This document shows positions 11,641 to 24,906 of a stretch of DNA of 64,000 bases, one piece after another. A program made the translations under genes and the position numbers. The notes beneath the pieces were generated by a model that was given only the letters and a program-made list of their open reading frames with translations, did no database searches and was not told the origin of the DNA. The stretch's first letter is position 1, and every line of letters begins with the position of its first letter. Where the stretch lies: NCBI GenBank assembly GCA_013239625.1, contig MU054187.1, positions 19,336,711 through 19,400,710 on the forward strand, given 5' to 3'. The stretch comes from Lama guanicoe. Taxonomy: Eukaryota.

Positions 11641-13672
11641 TCGATACATGATGACTTATTAAAACATAACCATTTTCACAGCCTAACTTCCATGTCATGC
11701 AGAAAGACAACAGTGGGATGGGGACTGTCAGAAAGGGCACCGATGGGGGACAGGAGAGGGAGGAGAGCACATGTATTGAGCACCTGCTCTATTCTTGGCT
11801 TGTGTGGCATCGGTCATCTTATCTAATACAAAACACCCTGTGCTTTCTCTTCCTAACTCAGAGCTTGCTCAAAACCTTGAGAGGCGATGATTTACACGGA
11901 TGATGTTACTGAAAGCAAAACTCTGCAGAATAAAATAAAAATAAATATTTCTAGAACTTCCCATAGACATCGATATGTGTGCTTTTTACTCTCAGTGGAC
12001 CAGCCACCTAACTGCCCACCCTTGGGAGTGAGCAGCACCACTTTCTCATGGTGGGTACCTCACTGATCACTTCCTCGGCTACTCCTACCAGCTTAAAGCC
12101 ATGTGGTCGTTCATGAGTGGAGACCCAAATGGACTCAAATGCATGGCCCAAACAGCACCTTCCCTAAGCTCCCAGGGAAGCAGGCATTTGGCCTGAGGAG
12201 CTGTTGTAAATGCTACCAGGTTACAGCTCTTTCTCAGTGACCTACCTGAAGAAAACAAGCCCCATAGCCCAGCCCAGGGGCGTGGGTTAAATCTTGGCTT
12301 GACTGCTGACCTCCCTGGGAGCCTTTAATGAGGGAAGGGAGGGACGGGAGTTTCTGGGCAGAATTTGACGTTGGTCATTTTCTCTCCTGAGTCCCCAAGG
12401 GCTGGCTCACTGATGTCTACTACATTCAGCAAGGTCAGGTCCAAAAGCATCCCCAAAGAGAAGTCTTCTGTAGCTCTGTCAATTCAAAAAGGACCAGAGT
12501 GGCTGCTTGAACACATATAGTGGTATGGAGTTTTTACTAACTGGCCTTTTCTGATTCTGTTCTAATTTAATCACACCTTCCACTCTAGTATCTGTTCAAA
12601 TGTTTTATTTGGGTGGGGGTGGGGGTCCTTCATGTGCTGGTCACTATTCTACGTAGGGTTTCAATACTGACCAAGACACATACAATCCCCAGCCCTCTGG
12701 TGCTTTCTGGTAGAGGTGGGAGACAGACCAGCCACCTAGCAGAACACTTATGGCGGTCACTGGAGAAAACAACTGAAGCCAGTTTGTGGCTAGCTACTGC
12801 CCAGGGATAGGCACTACTTTGAGTCTGGAGTTGGGAAAGACATGGGGGTGGTGAGGGGTTGAGGCACAGGGAATACTAGTTGAGCAGAGCCCTGAAGGTG
12901 GTGGGAGGGGCTGGGCGGGGAGGTGGGAGGACCATAAGAGGCCAATTGTGCGCATTGGCACCCCCTGGAGAGTGGTGGGAAGGCAAGTCAGAGAGGGGTA
13001 GGTCACACTGGCCCCACCCCATGTGGCCACCAGGTTGGCACGACTCCTAGGACCAGAGCGTGCCCAGTGCTCCCACGGCCACTGCAGGGGAAGCATGGGC
13101 GGTGGGCCCACATGCAGACATGTAGATCCAGCAGTGGAAACAGGAGGAAGTTCTTTTCTAAGTCATGGCCCAAAGAAGAAAACCGGAAGCAAGGTTATTA
13201 GCTGAGAATAAGGATGTGGAAGGAGGTAGAGGAGGTCTGATGGGAGAGCCGGGAGTAGGAAGAAGTCCTTCAGGAGAAGAGAAAGAGTAAAGAGACAAGG
13301 AACCAGCAGCCTGAGGGGTCCACGGAGACGAGGGTGAGACCTATCCGCACAGCGGTGCGTGTTCCTTCAGCCGAGTCGCAGAGCAGGTAGGTGGAGCTGA
13401 GTAGTGCCCGTGAATATAAATGAGGATGGAGAGAAAGAAATGAAGAACCTGAAAGCGTGGGCAAAGGAGTTTTACAAAGAGAGATCATGGAATCTAAGCT
13501 GAGTAACTGGGAAAGAAGAGGCGGGGGTGACAGATGGTGGAAATTAGCAGGATCGATGCACTGTAGGTACTGGTGGAATCCAAGAATGGCTGGAGTTAGG
13601 GGAAGAGGGAGGGTTGACTAGAAAGAGGTGATGATCGGGGAATGGGAGGCTTGGAGAGAGTGGATTAAACCC

Positions 13673-13820
13673 TCAGTACTCAAAGTGTGCTCCCCAGATG
13701 GGCCAGCAGCATCAGCAGCACCTGGGGACTTTGTGTGACCTGCAGAATCCCAGACCTACTGAATCAGAACCTACACTGCGACAGGTGACCCGTGTCCACA
13801 CTAAGCCTGGGGAAGAACCT
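13673..13820. mobile_element. MER5A-like hAT MITE
   Basis: ctcaaagtgtg...ccagcagcatcagcagcacctggg...cccagacctactgaatcagaa. Confidence 0.8.
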
Positions 13821-14639
13821 TCCGTCTGAGCCAACTGAGTCAATCTCCACTTGCCCAGAAGCTGCAGGCACCCTATAAAACGGGTAGGTTTCTGAGGTTA
13901 GGGACTTCCCTGGGGCTCTGCTTCTCATCCTCCACTTTCAACGGCTCATTTTGGCTTTTCGGGTTTCCATTCGGCTACCTCGCACCCTTGCTCAGTCCTG
14001 CCTTGCAGCCTTACAGTAGCATTGGCAGGCTTTGGATTCCATTTACCAAAGAACGGGCTGTCTCGCCCGCATCCCTACCCTGTCTGTAGCAAACAGCACC
14101 CTCTCACTTCCTGAGACCAAGTTCCAGATACCCTCTCTGCTCTCCTTTGCCTTTGAGGGGGCAGCCAGATACTCAGGACCCTCCACCTGTCCTGCAGAGT
14201 TTCATGGACCCACAGAGATCTATGACTGGGCACCCATGCAAAATATACAGTATTGCTCACTGTAGCTTTTTTAAGGGTTTAGCTTCCTGCTGTAATAATT
14301 ACCCAGGGTTTTATGTCTTCTTTAATATAAGCAGATTGCCTTCAGTCTTTAGAGTTAATTTTTATAAAGCAAGGAAAACAACAGCTGTATGTGACATTAC
14401 AGAATGAAAGATGAAGTAGAGCCTAATTCATGCAGGCTTTGCTTCACTAACAGCTTTTGTCCTGATAAACAGTGTGTGACATTTTCATTAACCTAGATAC
14501 AAACTCCCACACAAATACTCACACATGAAATTAAATGAAAATGCCAAATTTAGAATCTCTTGCTCGTATCTTTCAAGGCTGATAAGATTTCAGACGCTGT
14601 CATTTGTAACAGTTTTCTTACAACGACTAAAAACGACCA

Positions 14640-14870
14640 GTTATGGGTCTTACTTTTTGCAGAGCTCGTGATATGCATTCCAGACAGCCTCATCTCCTGT
14701 AACGCCCACGGGAATTCCGTGGGATCTGTACTGCTGTTACTCTGGTTCTACAGATGTGGAAACGGGGGCTCGGACAGGTTAAGTGACACAGCCAGTGAGT
14801 GGTGGAGCCAAGTTTCAAACCCAAGTGTACCTGACTCCAATGCAGAGCCTCACTCACACACCGTTTTGGG
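14640..14870 (-). mobile_element. MIR
   Basis: tacagatgtggaaacgggggctcggacaggttaagtgac...tttcaaacccaag...ctgactcca is an antisense MIR core. Confidence 0.75.
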
Positions 14871-16214
14871 TAACACACTGCTGCTGCCTAAAAGTGTGAC
14901 CAGGTGTAGTTTTCTCTGCCTCTTTGTATCCCTAAGCATATACAGAGTCACTATTAAATATGCTCCTACTTGAATCAAGAAAGTATAAACAGATGGTCTC
15001 TGATCCTGTCACTGCTGAATATGCAACACAGGTTTCCTTGGTTAGATGTGACCATTTTCCAGCTCGGTGATAACTCTTTCGGCTGTTTCTCAGTGAGAAT
15101 AAATCAATAAGCCAAGTCAGTCTGGCCTCACTCTGCTCAACTGTGATATGGTTGTAACAGACCTGCTCATCACCATGGGGACCTGAATGCAGTCTCCAGT
15201 GGGTGGGTGGCCTGCCCTCCGGGAACAGAATCTATTCTGCCGTCAGGAGAAATTGCTGGCAATGCCCACTCGTCAGATCCCTTCCTCTGCCGAGGCAGCT
15301 GAGACCTCAGGTAAGTTTAGCAAGTGTGCAGAAGAAACAGAACGGAATCCAAACCTTCCTGTGTGAGTTAACTGCCATGAGACTCTAGGCACACCAGCTT
15401 CCTTCCCTGCATCACTTAACCACCCACGATTTGGGGACAACAACGCTTGGCTGGCCCTGCCTCCTCCTCCCCAAGGATGGCGTGTGGATGATTTGATGGG
15501 CCCAAGGCCCTTGGGTGGAAAGAGCTGAGGTTAATGAACCTGTGTCCACACACTCCGCGCTGAGCAGCACAAAATCAGGCCAAGACACGTGCATGTGGTG
15601 ATCAGGGTTGGGCATGTGGGGCTGATAAAATATTTCCTTTGTGGTTGGTTAGTGAAGCCAAAATAAACAAAATAACAACAACAAAAGAAGCCTCAGAAAA
15701 CTGACCTCCCCACTCCCCACACCCCTATCTGTCAAATAGAAAAAGAAACCTCTTGTTTTTCAGTAAAAATAACAGGGCAACCTTTTTAGTTTCCCAGATT
15801 TTTAAAAGGAACAAGAGCCGTAAGAAAAGAAATATCCTAGGGCTCACGGTAAATGCATAGCCTTTTTCATTTTAATATGTTCCATCTATGGATGAATATT
15901 TATCACTCAACATTTATCACTGCCTCAATATTTACCAGTGTCTCTATGCGTATTTCTCCATCTGTCTTAGGCTGTCAAGTCTGGTAAGGCAGGGGCCAAA
16001 TTGAGTTAGTTCTTTTTGTAAAGGGTGTGAAATTGTCATGCATAATTAGGCACTTAAAGGGTTTTTGATGAAGCTGCTTGTGAAGCAAGAGAACGGTTAC
16101 TACCGTGTAGGCTTGTTTCCTGAAACCTTCCTGTCTTTCTGAAATGTCAGACGATCACACACTCACAGACTCGTGAACGCACGGGCGCTTGGGCTGGGGG
16201 GTCATGCAGACGGA

Positions 16215-16510
16215 GCTAGCTGAACACCCTGTGGTCTGGGGCCCATGGCAGCTGCAGCTGCAACGCCTAAAAGCTTGTCAGAAAGGCAAACCTCAGGCCC
16301 CACCCCAGACCTACCAAACCAGGAGCTGCAATTTAACAGGATGCTCAGGCAATCGGTGTGCACATTCAAGTCTGACAAGCACGGACTAGAGAAACATCCA
16401 GTTCAACGACTTCGTTTTACAGATGTGGGAAGGCCAAGCGACAGTCTGAGCAGGGACAGATCCTAAACCTGGCCTTGTACCTTCCAACCCCAATGCTCCA
16501 CCTACCACCT
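16215..16510. mobile_element. MER5A followed by a MIR fragment
   Basis: gcttgtcagaaaggcaaacctcaggccccaccccagacctac...tttaacaggatgctcagg; then ttttacagatgtgggaa. Confidence 0.7.
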
Positions 16511-18704
16511 TTTGCTCCTTCAGGATTTTTCCTCTTTCAATGACTCTTCTGTGGGTCTATAGATAAATAACGACCGACAGCTTGCCAAGAACATTGGTTG
16601 GTTTGATTTGCTAGCGAGTCCTTTACTCTTTCAACATTTTGAATACACACAGAGATGCTGGAAACAGAAATCTGGAAAGCCATCTTATAGGAGCGGGCTT
16701 GCTCCCGACACGGTGTCCAGTTCGTGATGGTGCATGGAAGTGGACACTGTGCTTCTTGGCCGAGATCTGAAACGTACATTTTTTTGTGTGCATGTGTGAC
16801 TTTCAGGTCCAGGGATGCAGCTCAGGTGGCCATTCACCTTTGACCTCTCATCCCCAACTTCATTAACTGCTCCTAAGTCCTGGCTGACACATGGCTCTGC
16901 CTTAGGGTTCTAGAGTCCAACCAAAGGAATTTAATTCAAACCCTCAAGGATATGGATTCCAAGAAAAAGCCAGAGCCATGAAAAAACTTGTAAAAACTTC
17001 TTTGAGTTGCTGGTGATACAATGGTTTCCATTGGCATCTTTTAAACTAGCTCCTGTCCAGCTGTATCACATACTTCCTACAGCAGATTATGAGCCATTCA
17101 TTTCCAATTAGGAGAATTTTACTATGAATTTTCCTTCTAGATTCCAGGCACAAAAAGTAGTTAGTAAACAATATTTGATCATATTCAAATCCCATCACTC
17201 TTGTGCCACTAATATTCTCCAAAAGGCTAGAAAGGACTGACGTGCACTTTAATCAGGTCTGTTTATGGCAAACATCTGTCTTGACTCACATCTGAATACA
17301 AGCGGGCACCCTCCCAACATATGGTGACTTTTCCGGAAAAAATATTAATTTCTCCAGGTATGAAAAGAGTGGCTGTACTTTTTTTCCCACAGGTCTAAGT
17401 TTTTTCCTGCATATTTCAAAATCAGAAAAGAATTTGTTGGCTATAAAAGAAAAGAATGAGACAGGAGAAAGAAACACCCCTACTTGGCTTCCTGTGACTT
17501 CCTAACCCACTCTCCATAATGCCCCAGTTGAGAGATAAAGTCTGCAGCTGCTGAAAGAAAAGAGAGAAGGTATTGAAGAAGGAAGGGCAGCCAAGTCTCA
17601 CACCATCCTCCCCCACCATCTCAAAAGCCTTTCAACCTCCTTTACTCCTATGCCTGCTTCTCAGTCCCAAACTTCTCCATGGCAACGGACTGCCTCTTCC
17701 CACAATGCACTCTGCTCCTTCTCCTCCATCCCAAAGTCCACTCAGAGGACCCACACCAGGGGCTGGAAGAGCAGCTCCTTGAAGACAGGGCTCCCATCTT
17801 GTTCAACTGGTTATAACCATGCCCACTGTTGACTAGCCCACAGGAATCACATCCATGTGAATGGAACTGGGTTACTGAAAACCACTGACCTCAAAAATAA
17901 TTTTCCATATTGGATTATTGTTATAAACATATTCAGCAAACCTCTTGACATCTAGAAGTAGGAAAAAGTATAGAAAGTGTCTGCTAGTTTATTTCTTCCA
18001 GTGCCAGAGTTTCTGGATTCAAGTTACACACTCAGTTGCATGTTATTTTTTATGTACTTGTTTCTTGAGATAAGGTGACAAACTTTTCATCTGTTTCATA
18101 AAACCAACTGCCAAAAGATTTAAGTCTATTACTAAAGATACTTTAAAAACAAGTACCTTGAAAAAAAATTGAGGACAATCAATTCCATTGTAATATGATG
18201 ATTTCTCCTCTCCAGTCCTTAGGAAAGTGGAGATAAGAACTAAGGACTTTTCCAACAGAACCAAAGATCCTTCCTAACATTCTGCAAGTCAGGAATAGAC
18301 ATATTTTGGAAATGAGAAGATAGTTGGGTTTAGTGCAAAGACTAAACCCAAAGAAATGTCTAAGGTTGGAAATAGATTGTCCAAAGAGATGTCTGAAGAT
18401 GCTCAGACATTGACAAGTGTCTCCAAAGCATGTGGAGTTTCATTGCCATTCTTTATCCTTCTGTATTTTATCTAAGTTACTCCCCAGGCTCCTGACTCAT
18501 TACATGAGAAGACAGGCTGTTTCAGATGACCTTGTAGGTGCAGGATAAAAAGAGCAACTGACAAAGAAGGAAAAAAAAATGGTATGGTGCAGAGATGTTG
18601 CTGTTTATGAAAGGAAACATTGACTGTTCGGTGCAGGAGGGAATGAGCCTGTCTCCCATCTCAGTCTTGTGAGCCTTCCCTCCTTCAAGCAAACACTGAC
18701 AGCG

Positions 18705-18930
18705 GGCTGACAGCATCTACCTGGCACTGTTCTTTCATGTAACTTTTGTATGACAACTCTATGTGCGGGACATACGATTATCATCCCCATTTTACAGATG
18801 AGGAAACTGAAGTATAGAGAGATTATTTGCTCAAGGTCACAGAGCTAGTGGCATGAGGGGCAGGGAGACAAACACATAACAACAAATAGTCTGGCTCCAT
18901 GGTACAAGGTCTTATCCTCTCCACCTTTAC
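18705..18930 (-). mobile_element. MIR
   Basis: tccccattttacagatgaggaaactga...gctcaaggtcacagagctagt. Confidence 0.85.
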
Positions 18931-20549
18931 TCAGTTTTGCACCCTTTCACCCACTCGTCCATCACCTTCTCTCCTGCATATGATTGAGTTTCAACCACGG
19001 TGGCATTATAAACTGAGAAGTGGCTGATGTCCAGGTCCCAGCCTTCTCAGACCTTCCCCGCAAATAAAGATAACACAGATTTGCAACGAGATGGGAAGGA
19101 ATTGTCCACAGACGAGATTCCCAAGCAGCCTTTCCATTCCTGGAGTCGTCCTGCCCCATTCCCATCTTCTGTTGGCCTGTCACATGCTCAGCCTAGAAGG
19201 TGACCATCTTCATGGAATTTGCAGTCATCCCTCAATCCTAACACAATGTGTACAAACAAGGCAGTCTCTTGTCATCTACAGTTTGGTCAAGAAAAAAACA
19301 AACAAAACAAAACCTTCTAATTGTTTCTGAATAGAAGACAAATGGATATATGTATTTCTGAGTTAGAAAGAGTAAAATAAATCACACTTTCCTAAATTTT
19401 CTCAAAAAAACCCCTTTCTAATCACAATATAGTTTGAAATTCCATTATCTTCAGACACTATTGAATGACTTAGGAGTTCAACATGGAAGATTATCTATTC
19501 CTTCTGAATGTCTGTTCTGTAACAAAAATGTGCCAAGTGCTACAAACTATATCAATATGAATAACTTATCAATCCTTCCCTCAGGATAAATTCCCTTCAG
19601 TGAAATTCTTTACTTTCATTTCCTATGAGGTCGACTATTTCAGAATGAGTATCTGAGAATCAGAAGAGACACTCAGAATTGAGCCCTTTTAGGAGAGAGA
19701 TGGGGCCTGTGAGTTGTGAAAATGAAAACATCTTGAATACTCTGTTGGAAAACTGGATGTAGAAGAAATATTACCTCTTATTATGCATATTATGTGTCAT
19801 GAAATCAAATCAATGTATAAGCACCTCCCTGACACCCTGAAAGAACTGTGACAAGAGTCTTTGGCCAGGAATGTTAGTCACCATAGCGATGAAGAAGATG
19901 CACAATACTCATTCTAACTAATTTAAGAAATGCCAAAGAAGATGTTTCTATTTCGTGTATGCCTACTTCATTTCAGTGAATAGCTTCCCTAGATGGACCG
20001 CCTATGATTTCAGCTTCTTTATTTCTATGGGAGTCTCAAGGTCAACACCTGTAAATTCACTAACAGTGGAGGTTTTCAGAGATATAACTTTAAATAATTT
20101 AAAATTAGGGAAGATGCAACTATACAAATTGCCAAGATAACAGGCAGAATATATTAAAGCCACGAAAGAAAAATGGCTTGTACATTTTTTAAAAAATATG
20201 AAGCAACAGAATCTTACTGCAGAGATCAGAAAGGCTGCATAAACTCTGAAGAAGGCCCATTTGGGCAGGTGAGGAAGGGAAGGAGAGCATGACTTCAGCA
20301 GAGGTAACAGCTCGGGCACTAGCACGAAGAGCAAGAATCATAAATCCAAGCGCTGACCAGGGTCAGGCTCACTTCATGAGCGAAGTGTCCCAGAGGAACT
20401 CAAAGCCTCCTTAGAAGATCTATGATTTGGTGGAACGGTGGGTAAAAAAATGTTACTTTCCTCTACTCTTGCTTTAAGGAAAAAAACAGTGTCACGCAAG
20501 GATAAAAATGCAGCTGATGGTTGACTGCATTATCCGGGAGATAATAAGG

Positions 20550-20815
20550 ACTGGTGAGGACTGTGGCAAACATGCCTCATTTAAAAGGACAGTCACTGAG
20601 CACATGTATCTAACTCCTTCGGGAAAATTTGGGAATGTGAACCCAGATTTTTTTTTCTTTTTTTTTTTAAAGGGAAGCTAGAAACCTGGATTTTTACATG
20701 ATATCTCATAATGTTTAAATATATGCTACTAATACTAGTTTTAAAAAAGTACTCTCCCACCCAACACTTAAGTGTGCCAACGAAACAGGTTTGAGGAACA
20801 GGTCTGAGGGCCCTT
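20550..20815. mobile_element. hAT-Charlie remnant (MER102-like)
   Basis: ggactgtggcaaac...gaagctagaaacctggatttttacatgatatctc; family recalled, not verified. Confidence 0.45.
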
Positions 20816-21004
20816 AGATATAAGGCTTCTGCTGAGGTGGGAGCAGGATGGAATCTGGATAGCAAAGTCCTGGAATTTTAATCCCAAATGTACTATTCTG
20901 TGGTCTAGGAAAAGTACTTGAACTTCCTGAGGTCAGCACCTTGCATCAGAAAGACGCTTGGAGACTAAATTAGCAGCCTCCATGAACAGGCAGAAGACTG
21001 TAGG

Positions 21005-21155
21005 CACTGAGAAAGAACACAGGCTTTGAAACCAGTTCAAATGCAGCCTCCATACTTAACAGGGCAAATGATTTCACCTCTCTGCGTCACAGCATCCTCT
21101 TCTTTAAAATGCTACTGACCTCAGAGGGTGGTGCAGATTCAACAAGTATTAACTA
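21005..21155 (+). mobile_element. MIR
   Basis: aagaacacaggctttgaa...gggcaaatgatttcacctctctgcgtcacagcatcctc. Confidence 0.65.
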
Positions 21156-21354
21156 TTTTTTGACACATATGATCAATATTAACAGAATCCCTTGACTTCC
21201 TTCCCAATGCCCACCAAACAAAGAATAACTATACCTTGAGAAGCAATTTCATGGTCACATCTCTCTGAATTTGGATATGGAAAGTTCCGAACAGTATGGC
21301 ACTGAATCGGGTTTTCAGATTGAACTGATCTACAAGAAATGTTAGAAGTTCTTC

Positions 21355-22680
21355 ACTTTATTTTTTAGTTAAATTTTTATTTTTAGAAAATTGTAGATTC
21401 ATATGCAATTGCTTATAATATAGGGAGATCCCATGGATCCACTGCTCAGTGTCCCCCACTGGTAACTTCTGGAAACACTACAGTAAGATATTACAGCCAG
21501 GTTATTGACAAGGATACAGCGCAAATCCAACACATTTTGATCACCACCAGGATTACTTATGCTGCCCTTCTATAGCCACACTCACTTCCTTCCTGTCCCT
21601 AACACATCCTAACCCCTGTGAGCCACTAATCTGGTCTCTGTCTATAATTTTGACAGCTTTAAAGAATGTTATATAAATGGTACCACATAATATGTTACCA
21701 TTTATAATTGATCTTATTCACTTAGCATAATTCCCTGGAGATTCATCCAAGTTGTTCAATGTATCAGCAGCTGGTTCCTTTTTTATTGGTGAGTAGTATT
21801 CCAGGGTACGGATGTACTCCAGTTTGTTTAACCATTCATCCATTGAAGGGAATCTGAGTTGTTTCCAGTTCTGGCTGTTACAGATAAAGCTACTATAAAT
21901 ATCTGTGTACAGATTTTTGTGAGAACACACCTATTAATTTCTCTGGGATAAATGGCAATGCTTAGTTTTTGAAGAAACTGCCAAACTGTTTTCCAGTATG
22001 GCTATAACGTTTTACATTTTTACCAGCAATATGTGAGTTGTCCAGTTTTCCCATATCCTCACCAACGTTTGGTCTTGTCAGTATTTTGTATTTTAGCCAT
22101 TCTGATTAAGTGCATAGTGCTATTTCAGTTGTGTTTTAATTTGCCTTTTCCTAATGGCTAATGATGTTAAACACCTTTTCATGTGTTTCTTTGCCATCTG
22201 TACACCCTCTTCAGTGAAATGTCTATTTCTTTTGTCCATTTTCTAATTGCACTGTTTCTTTTTATTGTTGAGCTATACTAGTCCTTTCTTAGACACACAG
22301 TTTGCAAATATTTTTTCCCACTCAGTACCCTGCCTTTTCATCCTCTTAACAGAGTCTTTTGCAGAGCAAAAGTTTTAAGTTTTACATCCAATTGATCGAA
22401 CTTTCCTTTTATAAGTTGTGCTTTTGCTGTCAAGCCTAAAAACCTTTTGCCTAGTTCTAGATCTTTAAGATTTGTTTCTATATATTTTCCCAAGAGTTTT
22501 ACAGTTTTATGTTTTACATTTAAGTCCATGATCCATTTTGAGTTAATTTTTGTAGAAGGTGTGAGACAGGCCATCGTTCATTTCTTTCTAACATATGGAT
22601 GCCCAACTGTTTCAGTGCTGTTTATTGAAAGGGCTAACTTTCCTTCACTGCATTGCTTTTGCATCTCTGTCAAAAATCAG
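21355..22680 (-). mobile_element. Old L1 (L1MC-like) 3' UTR and ORF2 C-terminal region
   Basis: ORF fragments 21,718-21,930 (NWKQLRFPSMDEWLNKLEYIRTLEYYSPIKK) and 22,338-22,574 (TKINSKWIMDLNVKHKTVKLL) are decayed L1 ORF2; L1MC-type 3' UTR follows. Confidence 0.9.
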
Positions 22681-22689
22681 AATCCCTGG

Positions 22690-22752
22690 AGGTTGTTTAT
22701 AAGCCACACAGTCCACGGTATTCTGTTATAGCAGCTCAAATGGACTGAGGCA
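22690..22752 (+). mobile_element. MLT1 (MaLR) LTR 3'-end fragment
   Basis: ttgtttataagccacacagtccacggtattctgttatagcagctcaaatggactgaggca. Confidence 0.75.
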
Positions 22753-22754
22753 GT

Positions 22755-23127
22755 AGCTTAAAATATTTCAAGGATATCATGTTATACATTGGGAAGTCAA
22801 AAGACCCATTGCATTCCATCTGGTGATGCTGAAGGAGAACTGGTTTTCTTGTCTTCTCCAGCTTCTGGAAGATGCTTGTAAATCTGGTCTTGTGACCCTG
22901 CATCTCACTGCCTTTTCTCCCTCTGCTTCTGTCCTTATATCTCCTTGTCTGGTCCTCCTACCTCCCTCTTATAAGACTCTAGTGAATATGCTGGGCCCAC
23001 CAATATGATCACACAATCCTTAAATGAACCACCTCTACAAAATCCCTCTACCATGTAAAGTGACAGATTTACGGTCCTTGGAATTATGAAGTGGATAACT
23101 TCGGGGGGAGTTATTCAGCCTACCACA
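22755..23127 (-). mobile_element. MLT1C/D-like LTR
   Basis: cttctccagcttctggaag...ctccctcttataagact...gggcccacc...ccatgtaaagtgaca...ttattcagcctaccaca (reverse complement of tgtggtaggctgaataa). Confidence 0.8.
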
Positions 23128-23129
23128 CT

Positions 23130-23709
23130 TAGCTTCTTGTATTTGTACATTTATATCTTTTGCCAAATTTGGCAAGTTTGCAGTCCTTATTTCTTTAAGT
23201 ACTTTTTAAGGCCCTCTCTCTTCTTCCTCTCCTCCTGGGACTCCTGTATCACCAATGTTCGATCTTCAGTTATAGTCCCACAGGTCCCTGAGGCTCCATT
23301 TTCATATTTTCTTCAGTCTCTTTCTCTCTTTGTTCAGATTTGGGTAATTTGTATTGTTCTATCTTCCAGGGCACCGACTCCTTCCTCCATCCCCTCCATT
23401 CTGCTGTTCAGCCCAACCACTGAGACTTCTGTTTGGGTTGTATTTTTCCAGCCTAAAATGTCCACCAAGTTCTTCATTATCCTTCCTGTTTCTTTGCTGA
23501 GACTTTCTGCTTTTGTGTTGATCTCCACCCTGTTCATAATTGCTCAGTGAAGCATTTTTATGATGGCTGCTTTAAATTCTTTGTCAGATAATTCTACCAT
23601 CTCTTGTCATCTTGGTGTTGGCCTCTACTGACTTTTTTCCCACTTGGTTTGAGATCTTTCTAGTTCTTGGCATGACATGTGATTCTTAAATTGAAACCTG
23701 GACATTTGG
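23130..23709 (-). mobile_element. Old L1 ORF1 N-terminal region
   Basis: ORF 23,334-23,537 (KAESLSKE...GLNSRMEGMEEGVGALEDRTIQITQ) resembles the L1 ORF1 coiled coil. Confidence 0.75.
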
Positions 23710-24906
23710 TGGCCATCATTAAAAAGTCCACGAATGATAAAGGCTGGAGATGGTGTGGAGAAAAGGGAACCCTGCTACATTGTTGGTAGGAATGTAGTTT
23801 GGTGCAGCCATTGTGGAAAACAGCATGGAGATTCCTTTAAAAACTGAAAACAGACTTACTCTAAAATCCATCAGTCCCATTTCCAGACATTTATCCAGAG
23901 GAAACTCTGGCTTGAAAGATACATGTACCCCAGTGCTCAAAGCAGCACTATTTACAAAAGCCAAAATGTGGAAGCAACCTAAATGCCTAATGCCATTTGC
24001 AGCAACACAGATGGACGTAGAGATGACCATACTAAGTGAAGTAAATCAGACAGAGGACGACAAATACCATATGCTATCACTTATATGTGGTAACTTTAAA
24101 AATGACACAAATGAACTTATTTACAAAACATGAACAAACTCACAGACATAGAAAACAAACTTATGGTTACCAAAGGGGAAAGGTGGGGGGGAAAGTGGGA
24201 GCTCAGAATTTGAAGATAGTAACCACTATATATAAAATAGATTAACAACAAGTTTATACTGTATAGCACAGGGAACTATATTCAGTATTTTGTAATTGCC
24301 TATAATGAAAAGNNNNNNNNNNNNNNNNNNNNNNNNNNNNNNNNNTACTCTAAAACAGTCCCATTTCCAGACATTTATCCAGAGGAAACTCTGGCTTGAA
24401 AAGATACATGTACCCCAGTGTTCAAAGCAGCACTATTTACAAAAGCCAAAATGTGGAAGCAACCTAAATGCCTAATGCCATTTGCAGCAACATAGATGGA
24501 CGTAGAGATGACCATACTAAGTGAAGTAAATCAGAGGACGACAAATATCATATGCTATCACTTATATGTGGTAACTTTAAAAATGACACAAATGAACTTA
24601 TTTACAAAACATGAACAAACTCACAGACATAGAAAACAAACTTATGGTTACCAAAGGGGAAAGGTGGGGGGGAAAGTGGGAGCTCAGAATTTGAAGATAC
24701 TAACCACTATATATAAAATAGATTAACAACAAGTTTATACTGTATAGCACAGGGAACTATATTCAGTATTTTGTAATTGCCTATAATGAAGAGAATATAA
24801 AAAGCAATATATATATATATATATAAATATATATAAAACTGAATTAATATGCTGTGCACCAGAAATTAACACAACATTGTAAACCGATACTTCAATTAAA
24901 AAAAAA
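23710..24906 (+). mobile_element. Younger 5'-truncated L1 inserted in the old L1; contains a gap (N 24,313-24,345) and a duplicated segment
   Basis: ORF2 C-terminus (KDTCTPVLKAALFTKAKMWKQPKC...ILSEVNQ), 3' UTR and poly(A); 17-bp TSD gaaacctggacatttgg (23,693-23,709) / gaaacctggacatgtgg (24,907-24,923). Confidence 0.92.

Noticed and set aside
14705..14723. Inverted repeat cccacgg-gaatt-ccgtggg
   Set aside because: A 7-bp stem inside a MIR is expected by chance in 64 kb.
21718..24726. ORFs with L1 ORF1/ORF2 similarity as genes
   Set aside because: Short, frameshifted retrotransposon debris.
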